Source of the DNA: a virus
Taxonomy: Duplodnaviria; Caudoviricetes
Virus record (IMG/VR): IMGVR_UViG_3300017722_005389
Strand: one strand, 5' to 3'
DNA length: 64,000 nt
Position 1 is the stretch's first letter, and each line of letters opens with the position of its first letter. Below the pieces are notes generated by a model. That model was not told the DNA's origin, searched no databases, and was given only the letters and a program-made list of their open reading frames with translations. A program made the translations under genes and the position numbers. Below, piece by piece: positions 39,514 to 49,509 of the stretch.

Positions 39514-40464
39514 ATGAAAGAGAAAATTTTAATTGAGAACAAGGATCGTTATGTTATTTATCCAATAAAACATCCTGACATATGGGATTTTTATAAAACA
39601 GCACAGGCAGCTTTTTGGATTGCTGAATCAGTTGATTTATCAAAAGACCTAGATGATTGGGAAAAACTGAATGACAATGAGAAGTTTTTTGTCAAGAATG
39701 TAATATCATTTTTTGCTGCAAGTGATGGTATAGTAAATCACAATATTGCACACAACTTTATTAATGAAGTTCAATATCCAGAAGCAAGCTTCTTTTATGG
39801 ATTTCAAATAGCAATGGAAAATATTCATAATTTGATGTACTCATTGTTAATTGATACATATGTAAAAGATATCGATGAAAGAGATGAGTGTTTTAAAGCA
39901 ATTGAAAAATTGCCTATTGTAAAAAAGAAAGCCGAATGGGCACTCAAATGGATTGATTCAGATTCTTTTGCCGAAAGATTGATTGCATTTGCTGCAGTTG
40001 AAGGTATATTTTTTTCTGGTTCATTCTGCTCAATCTTTTGGTTAAAATCAAGAGGTCTTATGCCAGGACTTTGCCAAGCGAATTCATATATCAGCAAAGA
40101 CGAAGCATTACATACTGATTTTGCAATTCATCTTTACAATAATCATGTGGAATATAAAGTTTCTGAAGAAAGAGTAAAAGAAATCATTCTTTCAGCATAT
40201 GAAATTGAAAATGAATTTATAAATGATGCACTTCCAGTTTCACTCATAGGGATGAATCAAACCCTTATGACACAATATATCCAATTTGTAACAGATCAAC
40301 TTTTGATTCAATTTAGATGTAAACCTGTTTTCAATGTAAGACAACCATTTGACTTTATGATGCAGATTGCAATGAAAGCCAAACAAAACTTTTTTGAAGG
40401 AAGACCTACTGAATATAAAAAAGCAGATTTGTCAGGCTCAATCTCATTTGATGAAGAATTTTAA
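39514..40464 (+). CDS. nrdB: Ribonucleotide reductase class I beta subunit
   Basis: FFAASDG, ENIH..MY, VEGIFFSGSF, DEALH and NFFE..PTEY motifs. ATG 39514 chosen; TATTTAT at 39490-39496. Confidence 0.95.
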   Translation: MKEKILIENKDRYVIYPIKHPDIWDFYKTAQAAFWIAESVDLSKDLDDWEKLNDNEKFFVKNVISFFAASDGIVNHNIAHNFINEVQYPEASFFYGFQIAMENIHNLMYSLLIDTYVKDIDERDECFKAIEKLPIVKKKAEWALKWIDSDSFAERLIAFAAVEGIFFSGSFCSIFWLKSRGLMPGLCQANSYISKDEALHTDFAIHLYNNHVEYKVSEERVKEIILSAYEIENEFINDALPVSLIGMNQTLMTQYIQFVTDQLLIQFRCKPVFNVRQPFDFMMQIAMKAKQNFFEGRPTEYKKADLSGSISFDEEF

Positions 40465-40487
40465 TAACAAATAAACCAAAGAAATTT

Positions 40488-42803
40488 ATGAACAAAATGG
40501 AAATCGTTAAAAGGAACGGAAGTACAATGGAGTTTAATCCATCTAAAATATTGACAAGAATAAAAAAACAATCTGAAGGATTGAAAGTAAATCCAGATGA
40601 ATTATTTATTAAGGTTACTCAAGGAATTGGAGATGGTATCACCACAAATCAGATTGACGATTTGATTACTATCACTGCGGATTCTTTATCTCATAAGCAT
40701 TCAGACTATTCAAAACTGGCTGCAAATATTTTTATTTCAAGACTTCATAAGGAAACTGAAGAAAACTATTTTAAGCTTATAAAGAGGTTAAAAAACAATG
40801 GAATTGTTAATGAAACCTTATATAATAAAGTAAAGGAAAATTTCGAAGTTATACAAAAAGCTATTGATTATAGTCGTGATTATATGTTTGACTATTTTGC
40901 ATGCTCTCGTTTGAAAGAAATTTACCTTCTTAAGGAAAGAGATGAAATTGTCGAAAGACCACAACATATGTACATGCGAGTTGCTTTGACTGTTACAGAA
41001 ACAATTGAAGATGCGCTTAAATATTATGAGTTAGTTTCAACACATAAAATTTCCCCTGCAACCCCAATTTCGATTAATGCTGGGACCAATGATCAAAGCA
41101 TGATTTCTTGCAATCTAACAATGAGCAAAGGAGATAATACACCAGATTTGTTAAAAACTCTTGCGAATATTTCTATATCTTCTTCAAGGGCTGAAGGAAT
41201 AGGTCTTGCATTACATAATATAAGAAGTAAAGAATCTTATGTTGGTAAAGGTGGAGGAAAAGCAGGTGGTCTTTTGAAGTATATAAAAGTTGTTAACGAA
41301 TCCTTAAGATTTTGGAATCAAAAAGGTAAAAGACCAGGTGCTGCAGCAGTTTATTTGGAACCTTGGCACAAAGATGTAGCAGACCTTATAGAAATCAGAA
41401 AAGAAGGGGCTGATGAACTTAGAGCAAGAGATATGTTTGCTGCACTTTGGATTCCTGACAATTTTATGAAAGCTGTTGAATCTGATGGAGATTGGTATTT
41501 GTTCTGCCCAAATGATCTTCTTAAGAATAGAATAAAACCTCTTTGGGAAGTCTATGGTGAAGAATATGAAGCAGAGTACAATAAAGCAGTTGCATTAGGT
41601 ATTGGTAACAAAATTAAAGCTCAAAGTCTTTGGAAGAAAATTCTTGAGGCTCAGATTGAGACAGGTGTACCTTATATGACATACAAAGACCATGTTAACC
41701 ATAAAAGTAATCAGCAAAACATTGGTACTATCAAATCTTCAAATTTATGCGCAGAGATTAACTTATATAGCGATGCTGAAACTACAGCACAATGCGTTCT
41801 TTCTTCATTAGTATTACAGAAATTTGTCAATAATAAAGTTTACGATTTCAAAGGATTATATGATGCTGCATATGAAGTTGTAAAATCTTTAAACGTTTTG
41901 ATTGATGTAAACGATTTTTCAACTGAAGAAGCCAGAAAGGGTGCAACTGATCAAAGAGCTTTAGCAATAGGTGTTCAAGGTCTTGCAGATACTTTTGCAT
42001 TGATGGGATATGCATTTACTTCTGAAGAAGCTAAAAAATTGAATAAAGATATATTTGAAACAATTTATTATGCTTCATTGAAATCTTCATGTGATTTAGC
42101 AAAAGAAAAAGATGAAACCTATAAGTTTTTTAAAGATTCACCATTTTCTAAAGGAATTTTACAATATGACATGTGGAATGTAACAGAATTATCTGGTCTT
42201 TGGGATTGGGATTCTTTGAAAGAAGATATCATAAAATACGGTGTCATGAATTCAACTTTAACTTCGACTATGCCAACAGCATCAAGTGCATCAATTATTG
42301 GCAGCACTGAAGCAATTGAGCCATTTTTCAGTAACATGTATATCAGAAAAGTTATTGGTGGAGAGCATATCGTTATTAACAAATATTTGATACAAGATTT
42401 GGAAGAATTAAGTCTTTGGAATGAATATATCAAAACAGAAATTATAAAAAATGATGGTTCTATCCAGGATATAAATCTGATTCCTCAAGAAATCAGAGAA
42501 AAGTATAAGACTGTTTATGAAATTTCTCAAAAGGAACTTATAAATATGTCTGCAGAACGTGCGCCTTTTATCGATCAATCCCAAAGCTTGAACATCTTTA
42601 TGAAGAATCCAACTGTAGGCAAACTAACTTCTTCTCATTTTCATGGATGGAGGCTCGGATTGAAAACTGGGCAATATTATCTTAGAACAGATGCAATCAC
42701 AATGTCAAGAAAACAATTGGCAATTGACGTTAAAACTGAAAATGAAGACACGTTAAAGAAACCTGAAAATTCACCTTTTGAATGTTTTGGATGTTCGGCA
42801 TAA
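40488..42803 (+). CDS. nrdA: Ribonucleotide reductase class I alpha subunit with ATP cone
   Basis: IVKRNG ATP cone, SNLCAEI, PTASS, QSQSLN, GQYYLR and C-terminal CFGC. Confidence 0.97.
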   Translation: MNKMEIVKRNGSTMEFNPSKILTRIKKQSEGLKVNPDELFIKVTQGIGDGITTNQIDDLITITADSLSHKHSDYSKLAANIFISRLHKETEENYFKLIKRLKNNGIVNETLYNKVKENFEVIQKAIDYSRDYMFDYFACSRLKEIYLLKERDEIVERPQHMYMRVALTVTETIEDALKYYELVSTHKISPATPISINAGTNDQSMISCNLTMSKGDNTPDLLKTLANISISSSRAEGIGLALHNIRSKESYVGKGGGKAGGLLKYIKVVNESLRFWNQKGKRPGAAAVYLEPWHKDVADLIEIRKEGADELRARDMFAALWIPDNFMKAVESDGDWYLFCPNDLLKNRIKPLWEVYGEEYEAEYNKAVALGIGNKIKAQSLWKKILEAQIETGVPYMTYKDHVNHKSNQQNIGTIKSSNLCAEINLYSDAETTAQCVLSSLVLQKFVNNKVYDFKGLYDAAYEVVKSLNVLIDVNDFSTEEARKGATDQRALAIGVQGLADTFALMGYAFTSEEAKKLNKDIFETIYYASLKSSCDLAKEKDETYKFFKDSPFSKGILQYDMWNVTELSGLWDWDSLKEDIIKYGVMNSTLTSTMPTASSASIIGSTEAIEPFFSNMYIRKVIGGEHIVINKYLIQDLEELSLWNEYIKTEIIKNDGSIQDINLIPQEIREKYKTVYEISQKELINMSAERAPFIDQSQSLNIFMKNPTVGKLTSSHFHGWRLGLKTGQYYLRTDAITMSRKQLAIDVKTENEDTLKKPENSPFECFGCSA

Positions 42804-42816
42804 AATTTTTAATAAA

Positions 42817-42841
42817 AAAGGGAGATTTTTAATCTCCCTTT
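42817..42841. terminator. Hairpin/terminator after nrdA
   Basis: AAAGGGAGATT-TTT-AATCTCCCTTT, directly followed by GATATTTATA (motif at 42844-42850). Confidence 0.65.
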
Positions 42842-42865
42842 GATATTTATATTAAAATACTGACT

Positions 42866-43054
42866 ATGGGATTTTATAATATTAGAAGCTGTCCTGCTAA
42901 CCAAGCTTGTAGAAGAAAAGACGTAAGAAATTCACTTTTAAGACAAAACGATATTGAATCACAAACAATTCTCAATATCTTAAAAGATTGTTGGGAAACA
43001 CCATCAGGCAGTTGTTGGCAAACTGCTTCTGGAAGTTCTTGGCGAGTAGCTTAA
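42866..43054 (+). CDS. Small Cys/Trp protein (62 aa)
   Basis: Follows TATTTAT; C-terminal CWETPSGSCWQTASGSSWRVA matches the tail of 15932-16201. Confidence 0.7.
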   Translation: MGFYNIRSCPANQACRRKDVRNSLLRQNDIESQTILNILKDCWETPSGSCWQTASGSSWRVA

Positions 43055-43074
43055 TCAATTTAAATATTTTATAT

Positions 43075-43458
43075 ATGGCGAACCAAAATAATCTTGGAAT
43101 TACCTTTCCATATCAGGAAGATTTAACAGGTAAATTCTTAAGATTAAATCAAAACGATAAAGAAGAAATAAAAAGTAAATTAGCTCTTTTGATAACAACA
43201 CAAAAGGGTCAAAGACTTTTTAACTCAAATTTTGGAATTAATATTGAACAATTCCTATTTCAACCTATGGATGAGCAAACGTATAATGCCATACGAGATG
43301 AAATCACTGCTAATGTTACAAGATATATACCTTCATTGAAAATTGAAAGTATTCAAACGGATGTTAGCGAATCTCAAAAATTAGTAGGTCTTCAAATACG
43401 ATACTCAATTTCTGATGGAGTTATTAAGCAAACAGATGAACTTGCTATTTTATTCTAA
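43075..43458 (+). CDS. Baseplate wedge protein (T4 gp25/GPW-like)
   Basis: GITFP, EIKS.L.LLITT.KG.R.....FG..I..FLFQP...YIP.LKI motifs; ATG 43075. Confidence 0.88.
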   Translation: MANQNNLGITFPYQEDLTGKFLRLNQNDKEEIKSKLALLITTQKGQRLFNSNFGINIEQFLFQPMDEQTYNAIRDEITANVTRYIPSLKIESIQTDVSESQKLVGLQIRYSISDGVIKQTDELAILF

Positions 43459-43607
43459 TGAAAGTTTTAATCACTGAATCTCAAATTACTAATATTATTG
43501 AAGCATATAAAGATAGCTTATCAGTACATTTAGATAGAAAAAATCTAACAGGTCTAGATGTTAGTAGAAAGTATTACAGTGACAGCATAGGCTCAAAGAA
43601 TATATAA
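43458..43607 (+). CDS. 49 aa ORF (MKVLITESQ...), possibly frameshifted/truncated
   Basis: TAATG overlap with the gp25-like gene; a coding-like -1 frame continues to 43681. Confidence 0.45.
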   Translation: MKVLITESQITNIIEAYKDSLSVHLDRKNLTGLDVSRKYYSDSIGSKNI

Positions 43608-43698
43608 GCCTTGTAAAAGAAAAATACTCTGAAGATGAGGATATTCAAATGTATGTTGAAGATGTTGAAGTATTTATATAAAAATAAATAAAATAAAA

Positions 43699-44142
43699 AT
43701 GAAACCGAACAATTTCCCCCTAAGACCGAGTTTAGATGGTTCTGAAGAACTTTATACACAGACAGGAGACGTAGCTCAAAAATTTACTTTGGAACAAGCT
43801 AAAGAATACATAAGACCTTACAAAGTTTATACTGCTTTATTAACACAAAGTGGAAATGATGCTCCTGTTGCTAAAGTATTGGAAAATACAATTGGAAATA
43901 TTGTTTGGAGTAGAACAAGTGATGGAGTATATTACGCCACATTAGTCGGAGCTTTTCCTAATGGAGGTAAATTTTTTACTTTAAACTCTATTACTGAGAT
44001 TTCAAATTCTAACGTTTCAGTTTATTGGAATGACACTGATAGTTTTCAACTAAATACTTTTAGTGGAAATGTAAATACTGCTTATCAACCACAAGATGGT
44101 ATAATATTAAAATATCCAATAGAAATCCGAGTTTATAACTAA
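43699..44142 (+). CDS. Small tail-fibre-like/accessory virion protein
   Basis: YKVYTALLTQSG.DAPVA.VLENTIG.IVWSR...G.Y domain, recalled from Bacteroidota phage fibre proteins; TATTTAT at 43671-43677. Confidence 0.5.
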   Translation: MKPNNFPLRPSLDGSEELYTQTGDVAQKFTLEQAKEYIRPYKVYTALLTQSGNDAPVAKVLENTIGNIVWSRTSDGVYYATLVGAFPNGGKFFTLNSITEISNSNVSVYWNDTDSFQLNTFSGNVNTAYQPQDGIILKYPIEIRVYN

Positions 44143-44837
44143 TAGTAATAATTAGTATTTTTACTTTGGGTATATTGTTTTGTATTAACATCCATCATAG
44201 TCAATTTTCCACCACATTTTATACCTGTATCAACATTGATAAGGTTTGATACAAAATCAGGTTTAAAATTTCTTGTTGTGGAGTGACCGATAAAAATTTC
44301 ATCGATAATTATTCCTGTGTCTTTAAAAGATACAGGAATTTTTCTTTTTTGCTGATGATAAGTCTTCGCAAGGGAATAAAGTTTTCTATTTAAAGCAAAC
44401 TTTCTTCTTCTTTGGGAATCTATAGCTCTCTTAGGGTTAAATCCTCCATGTAAGAAGATTTTGTTATCATGTACATGATAGTAGTCAGCTTTTGAAAAAT
44501 ATCTCTTTAGATTGGAAATTATGTGAGGATTATTTAATTTCTCAATAGTACTTGCTCCACCTGAAGGAATCCATTCTTCATTTATTGTTCCATATTTTAG
44601 AAACTCCATAAGGAAAAAATCGTGATTTCCTATGATGGGTATAAAGTTGTCAAAAGATAACAACAGTTCTAAGCATTTGTCAAAATCAGGTAGTCCATCA
44701 GCTAAGTCACCAATGAAGATTATTTTATCATCTTTTTTATTAACATTTCCTTTGGTTAACAAATCTTCCAAAGGTAAATAAGCACCATGTATATCCCCTA
44801 TTACATAAGTTTTAAACCGCTTTTCTTTCTTCTTCAA
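44139..44837 (-). CDS. Metallophosphoesterase (lambda-PP/PPP-like)
   Basis: GDIHG, GDLADG, GNHD, LHGG, GHS and NVDTG motifs; TTG start 15 nt after TATTTAT (44853-44859). Confidence 0.9.
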   Translation of the reverse strand: MKKKEKRFKTYVIGDIHGAYLPLEDLLTKGNVNKKDDKIIFIGDLADGLPDFDKCLELLLSFDNFIPIIGNHDFFLMEFLKYGTINEEWIPSGGASTIEKLNNPHIISNLKRYFSKADYYHVHDNKIFLHGGFNPKRAIDSQRRRKFALNRKLYSLAKTYHQQKRKIPVSFKDTGIIIDEIFIGHSTTRNFKPDFVSNLINVDTGIKCGGKLTMMDVNTKQYTQSKNTNYYY

Positions 44838-44861
44838 AAAATGCTATTTCATATAAATAGA

Positions 44862-47800
44862 TTAGAACATTTCAAATTCTTTGGTCATATTCATATAATA
44901 GTTTAAATCTTCTGAAGAATCTTTAAGTTGACATTGGATAAGTTCTTCTTCAGTCATATCTTCATAATGCTTATCGGATATATCAATTTTTCTTAAAGGC
45001 TGGATTTCATATCCTTCAATTTCTTTGGGATACATAGAAGCAAATTTATACAAATATTCATTTCCACCTTTAATCTTTTTAACTCCAACCCTTTGGAAAT
45101 CAAAATAGTCATGAACTAATTTTATAGCATTCCTCGATTCGAGTTTATACATTCCAAGAATTGGAAGTTTACTTCTTAGTTCATTTATTTTTCTAGTAAT
45201 TTCTGTATTTGAGATAACAGCGTTTTCTTCAAACTTTTTATTAGCCCACTCCTCAAATTTCCAAGTGAAAGTTGCCACTTCATTAACAACTTTTATACCT
45301 CGTATGGCATAAAACAACCCTGCATTTTCAAGCCTTTCTTCAACATCAAAATATGATTTGATAATTTCTAAAGTGCGATGTTCACTTTCTGAAGAAATAT
45401 TTAGCTTTCTAAAGATGTCATTTAATATTTTGTTAATATCTGAAATGGTATAAAGTACAAAGGAGCCTGTGGCTTTTTCTTTCTCACGATTTTTCTTATA
45501 GAATTTTATAAGATGTTTGGCAATTTCTGATGAATTGTCCACAGCCTTACTAAAAGCATTAATTTTTTTAGTTATTTGAACATTAATTTGTCTAACAATC
45601 TTACTCCAAATTCTATCACTCATATTATGCTCTTTAATCCATTTTTCAACAAGTTCACATGAATCTTCAAAAGATAACGAGTTGCATAAATATTTTATTT
45701 TTGTCCTTAATTTTACTTGATATTGAGCCCTTGGGAGTGATTCAAGGTTAAATACAACATCATCTTTTACTTTATTACAACATTCAACCTCTCCTTCAAT
45801 TTTTATTTCTTCAAGGATTTTTAATACATCTTGAACAAGCATTTCTTTCCTTTCAGATTTCAATGTCTTAAGATTTGACTGTTCCTCTGGATGTATTTCC
45901 TCAAGAACAAACATTTCTTCTTTAAACTGCCAATTATATTCATGAAGCAATACCTTCATAAATTCAAAATTCTTGTTGGCATAGCGTTTTTCTTCAATAT
46001 AAGCCATATTGGCTATACTCAAATAGTCAATTTCCCAAACTCCATCCCTAACTCTATAAAGTTTACTTTTACCAAATAATTGTTGATTGAATACTTTTAT
46101 AGCAGATTTATAACTTACACTATCACCTGTTACATATGCCTTATTGAAAAGTTCTTTTCCAATATTGGCATTTTTAATATAGTTCTCTTGAAGATTAACA
46201 ATATCAATATGGTCAGTTTCAGACATATCTTCTGAATCCAATGGCTTGTAAACATAAATCATCGAGTTATTCTCAACACTTTTCGTGAAAATGTTTCTCA
46301 ATCGATTTACCATTTGCTCCATATTTGTAGCACTTTCGGCTGTCATAAAATGAACCGATTTAAAATCATTATTATAGATATTAACACCCTCTACAATAAC
46401 TGAAGTACAAATGACAATATCAACATTATCTCTGATTAATTCCTTTGTTGTGAGTATAGTAAAATCCTCACTATTTTTTTCATCAGCATTAATACATACA
46501 ATACGATCCTTCTTCCAACCTTTCATCACCAAATAATCAATCAATTCACCCATTTTACCTTCTTCCTTTTTATTCTGAAGATAAATCAGATTTTTACCAT
46601 TTCTACTAAGATTTTTTTCAATAGCAAATAAAATATTGTTATATCTTACAGGAGTGCAATATTTGATTGGCGTTTTTTCCCAATTTACTCTTATAATATC
46701 AAAATTTTTGAATGCTGGGTGAAGAACAGGGATTTTTGTACCAGTTAAAAACATTCTTTTTCTAAAAAGATGCATGTTGTCTACAATGTAGTTCAATTCA
46801 TATCCTCGGAATTCAGGGCTTGAACTAACTGCATTATTATGTTCCTCATCAACATACAAAGCATAATCCGAAATCTTAACATTTTCCCAATTTTTCATTT
46901 GTTTCAAAAGATTTGGAAAACTGCTGTAAGTACATACGATAAGTTCATCCCCTTCTTGTACATTCTTTTTATCCCTATAATAAACTGATGCATTATAGGA
47001 ATTGTCTATACTCAAAAGTAAAGGTATAATTGGAACCAGAATAAGCCTTTTACCTTTTATGTGTTCACAAATCCAAGTTGTCTTACCTTGACCTGTGTTA
47101 CCCCATATAATTTGGTTATCTTCATCAGGAATATTAATTTCATTGATGTATTGCCCAGGTTTCAAAAAATATTCTTTTGTAATTTTATATCTTGAACGAA
47201 TTTCCTGTGGAGTGATATTTCTAAATATTCTTACACCAAACTTCCAAGAATCTTGGGTATAACATTCATCAGCTAAAAATTTTATAATAGGGATCAGATT
47301 GCTGATAAAATGTTTTTTCTCTGAATAAGTGATATTATTATCAATTTTAATAAAATCTTCAAAAGAATATTCTATAATTTCATTTAGAAATGTATAAGCT
47401 GTCTCTTTGATTATGGCGTGTCCTTTCGTTTGCTTGAAATAATATCCAATATATGAAAATACATTATCATAGGAAATAGTATGATAGATATTGGCAGCTG
47501 TTTCTAATATATTCTCAAGAGTTTTTTCAAGCTTTCCTTCGAATTTATATTTTATAACGACTCTATATCCATTAGTTACAGCCCAGCTTTTATAAGATTC
47601 AAGTTTCTTTGATTTACCTTCTTCAGATAAAACTTTTACACATCCGAACAAATAGTCTGAATTGCCATATATTTTGTCAATAGTAGGATATAAATTATCA
47701 TTAAAATTTAGTACGGATTCAAGATAATCTATTACAGGTTTTTTGGTAATACCTGCTTCTTTTGCAAGAATCGCCATTCTATAGATTTTCTTATTATCAT

Positions 47801-48908
47801 CTCCACTTTTTTCTTTAATATTGAACCAGATGTAATCTAACTTTAATTTTATATCCCCATCATATTTTTTATATAAACCATATATTTCATGCCCTTCTTC
47901 ATTTTTTACTGCTCTGACACCAAATTGATGTCCATAATATTTTTCAATGTTGTTGAGAATCCCATATCTTACTTCTTCAACGCTTCTATGTTTAAAAATC
48001 TTTGGATATTTTTCTTGATTTAAAATCAAATAGTTTAAGCTTTCATTCAAATCAATACCCATTTGATTACAAAATACAAAGTAATCGAAAAAGAACTTGT
48101 ATGAAATATGATTATTACTCCAAGAGCCAGGCTTATGATAAAGTGAATGTAACTGGTATGCCAAAACATCTGAAGCTAATTCCAAAGGAAGTCCATCTGT
48201 TACAATAGGAGTATAAATATTTTCTTTAGGTTGAACAGCATCAAATGGAATAATTTCCGATTCTTCTCTCACAAAAATATTTGGATCGTAAGGAAGAACA
48301 TTACATCTTGTAATATCTTTAGTCTGAGGGTCAATATTGATATTCCAACCGCTGAAAAGATTTGATATAGCTTTCCAAGTTGTGCTGAAATTTTCCAAAG
48401 AAAGCCCTTCTACCTTCACAAGAAATCCTAAACCTTCTCCAGAAAAAGAATCCCAAGCAGCCTTTACAAATTTTAGATTTTCTGAAGAAAGCAAATTTTT
48501 TATGTAAGTCTTTGCTTGTTCTGAAGATGTAAAATTTTTGACTTCGGATATTTTAGTGAAATCATCAATATCAAAATAGATATAACCCGATGGTGCTTGT
48601 ATTTTATCTTTGGTACGTTTTTCTTCTACAAAGCAATTCCATGTAACAACATATGATTCTTGTTGCTTCACATGATTGTAGAAGTTTCTTTTGACATAGT
48701 CTAATTTGGATACAGAACGATTCCAAACTCTATCATTATAAATCAAATTAAGATTTTTCTTTCCACCATTGACTGGATCATTTTTACATTCAAGAATTAA
48801 ATGTTTCTTTGGGTGGTCTTTAATAAATCCTAATGCTTCATCGATTGTGAACTCATTAATAGGTTTAGAACTTTTGTCGAGGCATTGAAATACGGAAATC
48901 TTTTCCAT
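44862..48908 (-). CDS. AEP (BT4734/VirE-N-like) primase domain fused to an origin-binding-type SF2 helicase
   Basis: N-terminal SGYIYFDIDD, SFSGEG and DPQTKD..R...YDP; central GNTGQGKT, VDEEH, LTGT, TSVIVEGVNI and QMVNRLR. ATG 48908 lies 20 nt after TATTTAT. Confidence 0.7.
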   Translation of the reverse strand: MEKISVFQCLDKSSKPINEFTIDEALGFIKDHPKKHLILECKNDPVNGGKKNLNLIYNDRVWNRSVSKLDYVKRNFYNHVKQQESYVVTWNCFVEEKRTKDKIQAPSGYIYFDIDDFTKISEVKNFTSSEQAKTYIKNLLSSENLKFVKAAWDSFSGEGLGFLVKVEGLSLENFSTTWKAISNLFSGWNINIDPQTKDITRCNVLPYDPNIFVREESEIIPFDAVQPKENIYTPIVTDGLPLELASDVLAYQLHSLYHKPGSWSNNHISYKFFFDYFVFCNQMGIDLNESLNYLILNQEKYPKIFKHRSVEEVRYGILNNIEKYYGHQFGVRAVKNEEGHEIYGLYKKYDGDIKLKLDYIWFNIKEKSGDDNKKIYRMAILAKEAGITKKPVIDYLESVLNFNDNLYPTIDKIYGNSDYLFGCVKVLSEEGKSKKLESYKSWAVTNGYRVVIKYKFEGKLEKTLENILETAANIYHTISYDNVFSYIGYYFKQTKGHAIIKETAYTFLNEIIEYSFEDFIKIDNNITYSEKKHFISNLIPIIKFLADECYTQDSWKFGVRIFRNITPQEIRSRYKITKEYFLKPGQYINEINIPDEDNQIIWGNTGQGKTTWICEHIKGKRLILVPIIPLLLSIDNSYNASVYYRDKKNVQEGDELIVCTYSSFPNLLKQMKNWENVKISDYALYVDEEHNNAVSSSPEFRGYELNYIVDNMHLFRKRMFLTGTKIPVLHPAFKNFDIIRVNWEKTPIKYCTPVRYNNILFAIEKNLSRNGKNLIYLQNKKEEGKMGELIDYLVMKGWKKDRIVCINADEKNSEDFTILTTKELIRDNVDIVICTSVIVEGVNIYNNDFKSVHFMTAESATNMEQMVNRLRNIFTKSVENNSMIYVYKPLDSEDMSETDHIDIVNLQENYIKNANIGKELFNKAYVTGDSVSYKSAIKVFNQQLFGKSKLYRVRDGVWEIDYLSIANMAYIEEKRYANKNFEFMKVLLHEYNWQFKEEMFVLEEIHPEEQSNLKTLKSERKEMLVQDVLKILEEIKIEGEVECCNKVKDDVVFNLESLPRAQYQVKLRTKIKYLCNSLSFEDSCELVEKWIKEHNMSDRIWSKIVRQINVQITKKINAFSKAVDNSSEIAKHLIKFYKKNREKEKATGSFVLYTISDINKILNDIFRKLNISSESEHRTLEIIKSYFDVEERLENAGLFYAIRGIKVVNEVATFTWKFEEWANKKFEENAVISNTEITRKINELRSKLPILGMYKLESRNAIKLVHDYFDFQRVGVKKIKGGNEYLYKFASMYPKEIEGYEIQPLRKIDISDKHYEDMTEEELIQCQLKDSSEDLNYYMNMTKEFEMF

Positions 48909-49023
48909 TATATGTTTGATTTGTAAAAATAAATAGAGAGCGAGAGCCAACAAAAATAAAATTAGCAGGACTTTAACAGATAAAGTTTCTCAAATGTTTT
49001 AACCCTCAGAAATTAAAAAAAGT

Positions 49024-49488
49024 TCAAATTTTTTCTTTAGCTTCAAAAAAACATTTCATTTGGGTTCCATGAACTTTGACTTCTCCATTCAAAACAGCAT
49101 CAAAGTCGAACCATTGAAGCTTTGAGAATTCTGGCAATGATTTCCCAGAGGAATCTGTGAAATATGAATTACATTTCAAATCATCAGGCTTTGTCTTGCA
49201 TATTGCAAGGAAGGGTACAAGCCTTTTTCTTTTTGAACCATACATTTGAGGTTTGAGTTCAAAAACATTACAAGACTTTATAAATTCTTTTGAAATATTA
49301 GATTCTTCATAAAGCTCCCTTAAAGCAGCTTCTAATGAATTTTCACCATCTTCTTTTCCACCTTTAGGAATAGACCAGAAATTATTCGAATTCGTTTCTC
49401 TACCAAGAAGAATTTCATTAGAACCTTCACAATAAATAACGAAACCACAAGATGTTTTCATAAGAGGATTGATAAGCTTTTGATCCAT
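49024..49488 (-). CDS. NUDIX hydrolase
   Basis: Nudix box GGKEDGENSLEAALRELYEESNI. Confidence 0.92.
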   Translation of the reverse strand: MDQKLINPLMKTSCGFVIYCEGSNEILLGRETNSNNFWSIPKGGKEDGENSLEAALRELYEESNISKEFIKSCNVFELKPQMYGSKRKRLVPFLAICKTKPDDLKCNSYFTDSSGKSLPEFSKLQWFDFDAVLNGEVKVHGTQMKCFFEAKEKI

Positions 49489-49509
49489 TCTAATAGGTTT
49501 AACTTTTTT

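Noticed and set aside
44838-44852. In-frame ATG AAA TAG upstream of the phosphatase TTG start, suggesting TAG recoding
   Set aside because: All long ORFs are intact under code 11, genes end in TAG (31547, 44139), and the TTG start lies at normal spacing from TATTTAT.
48936-48948. GAGAGCGAGAGCC short direct repeat upstream of the primase-helicase as a possible origin iteron
   Set aside because: Only two 6-mers; too little support.
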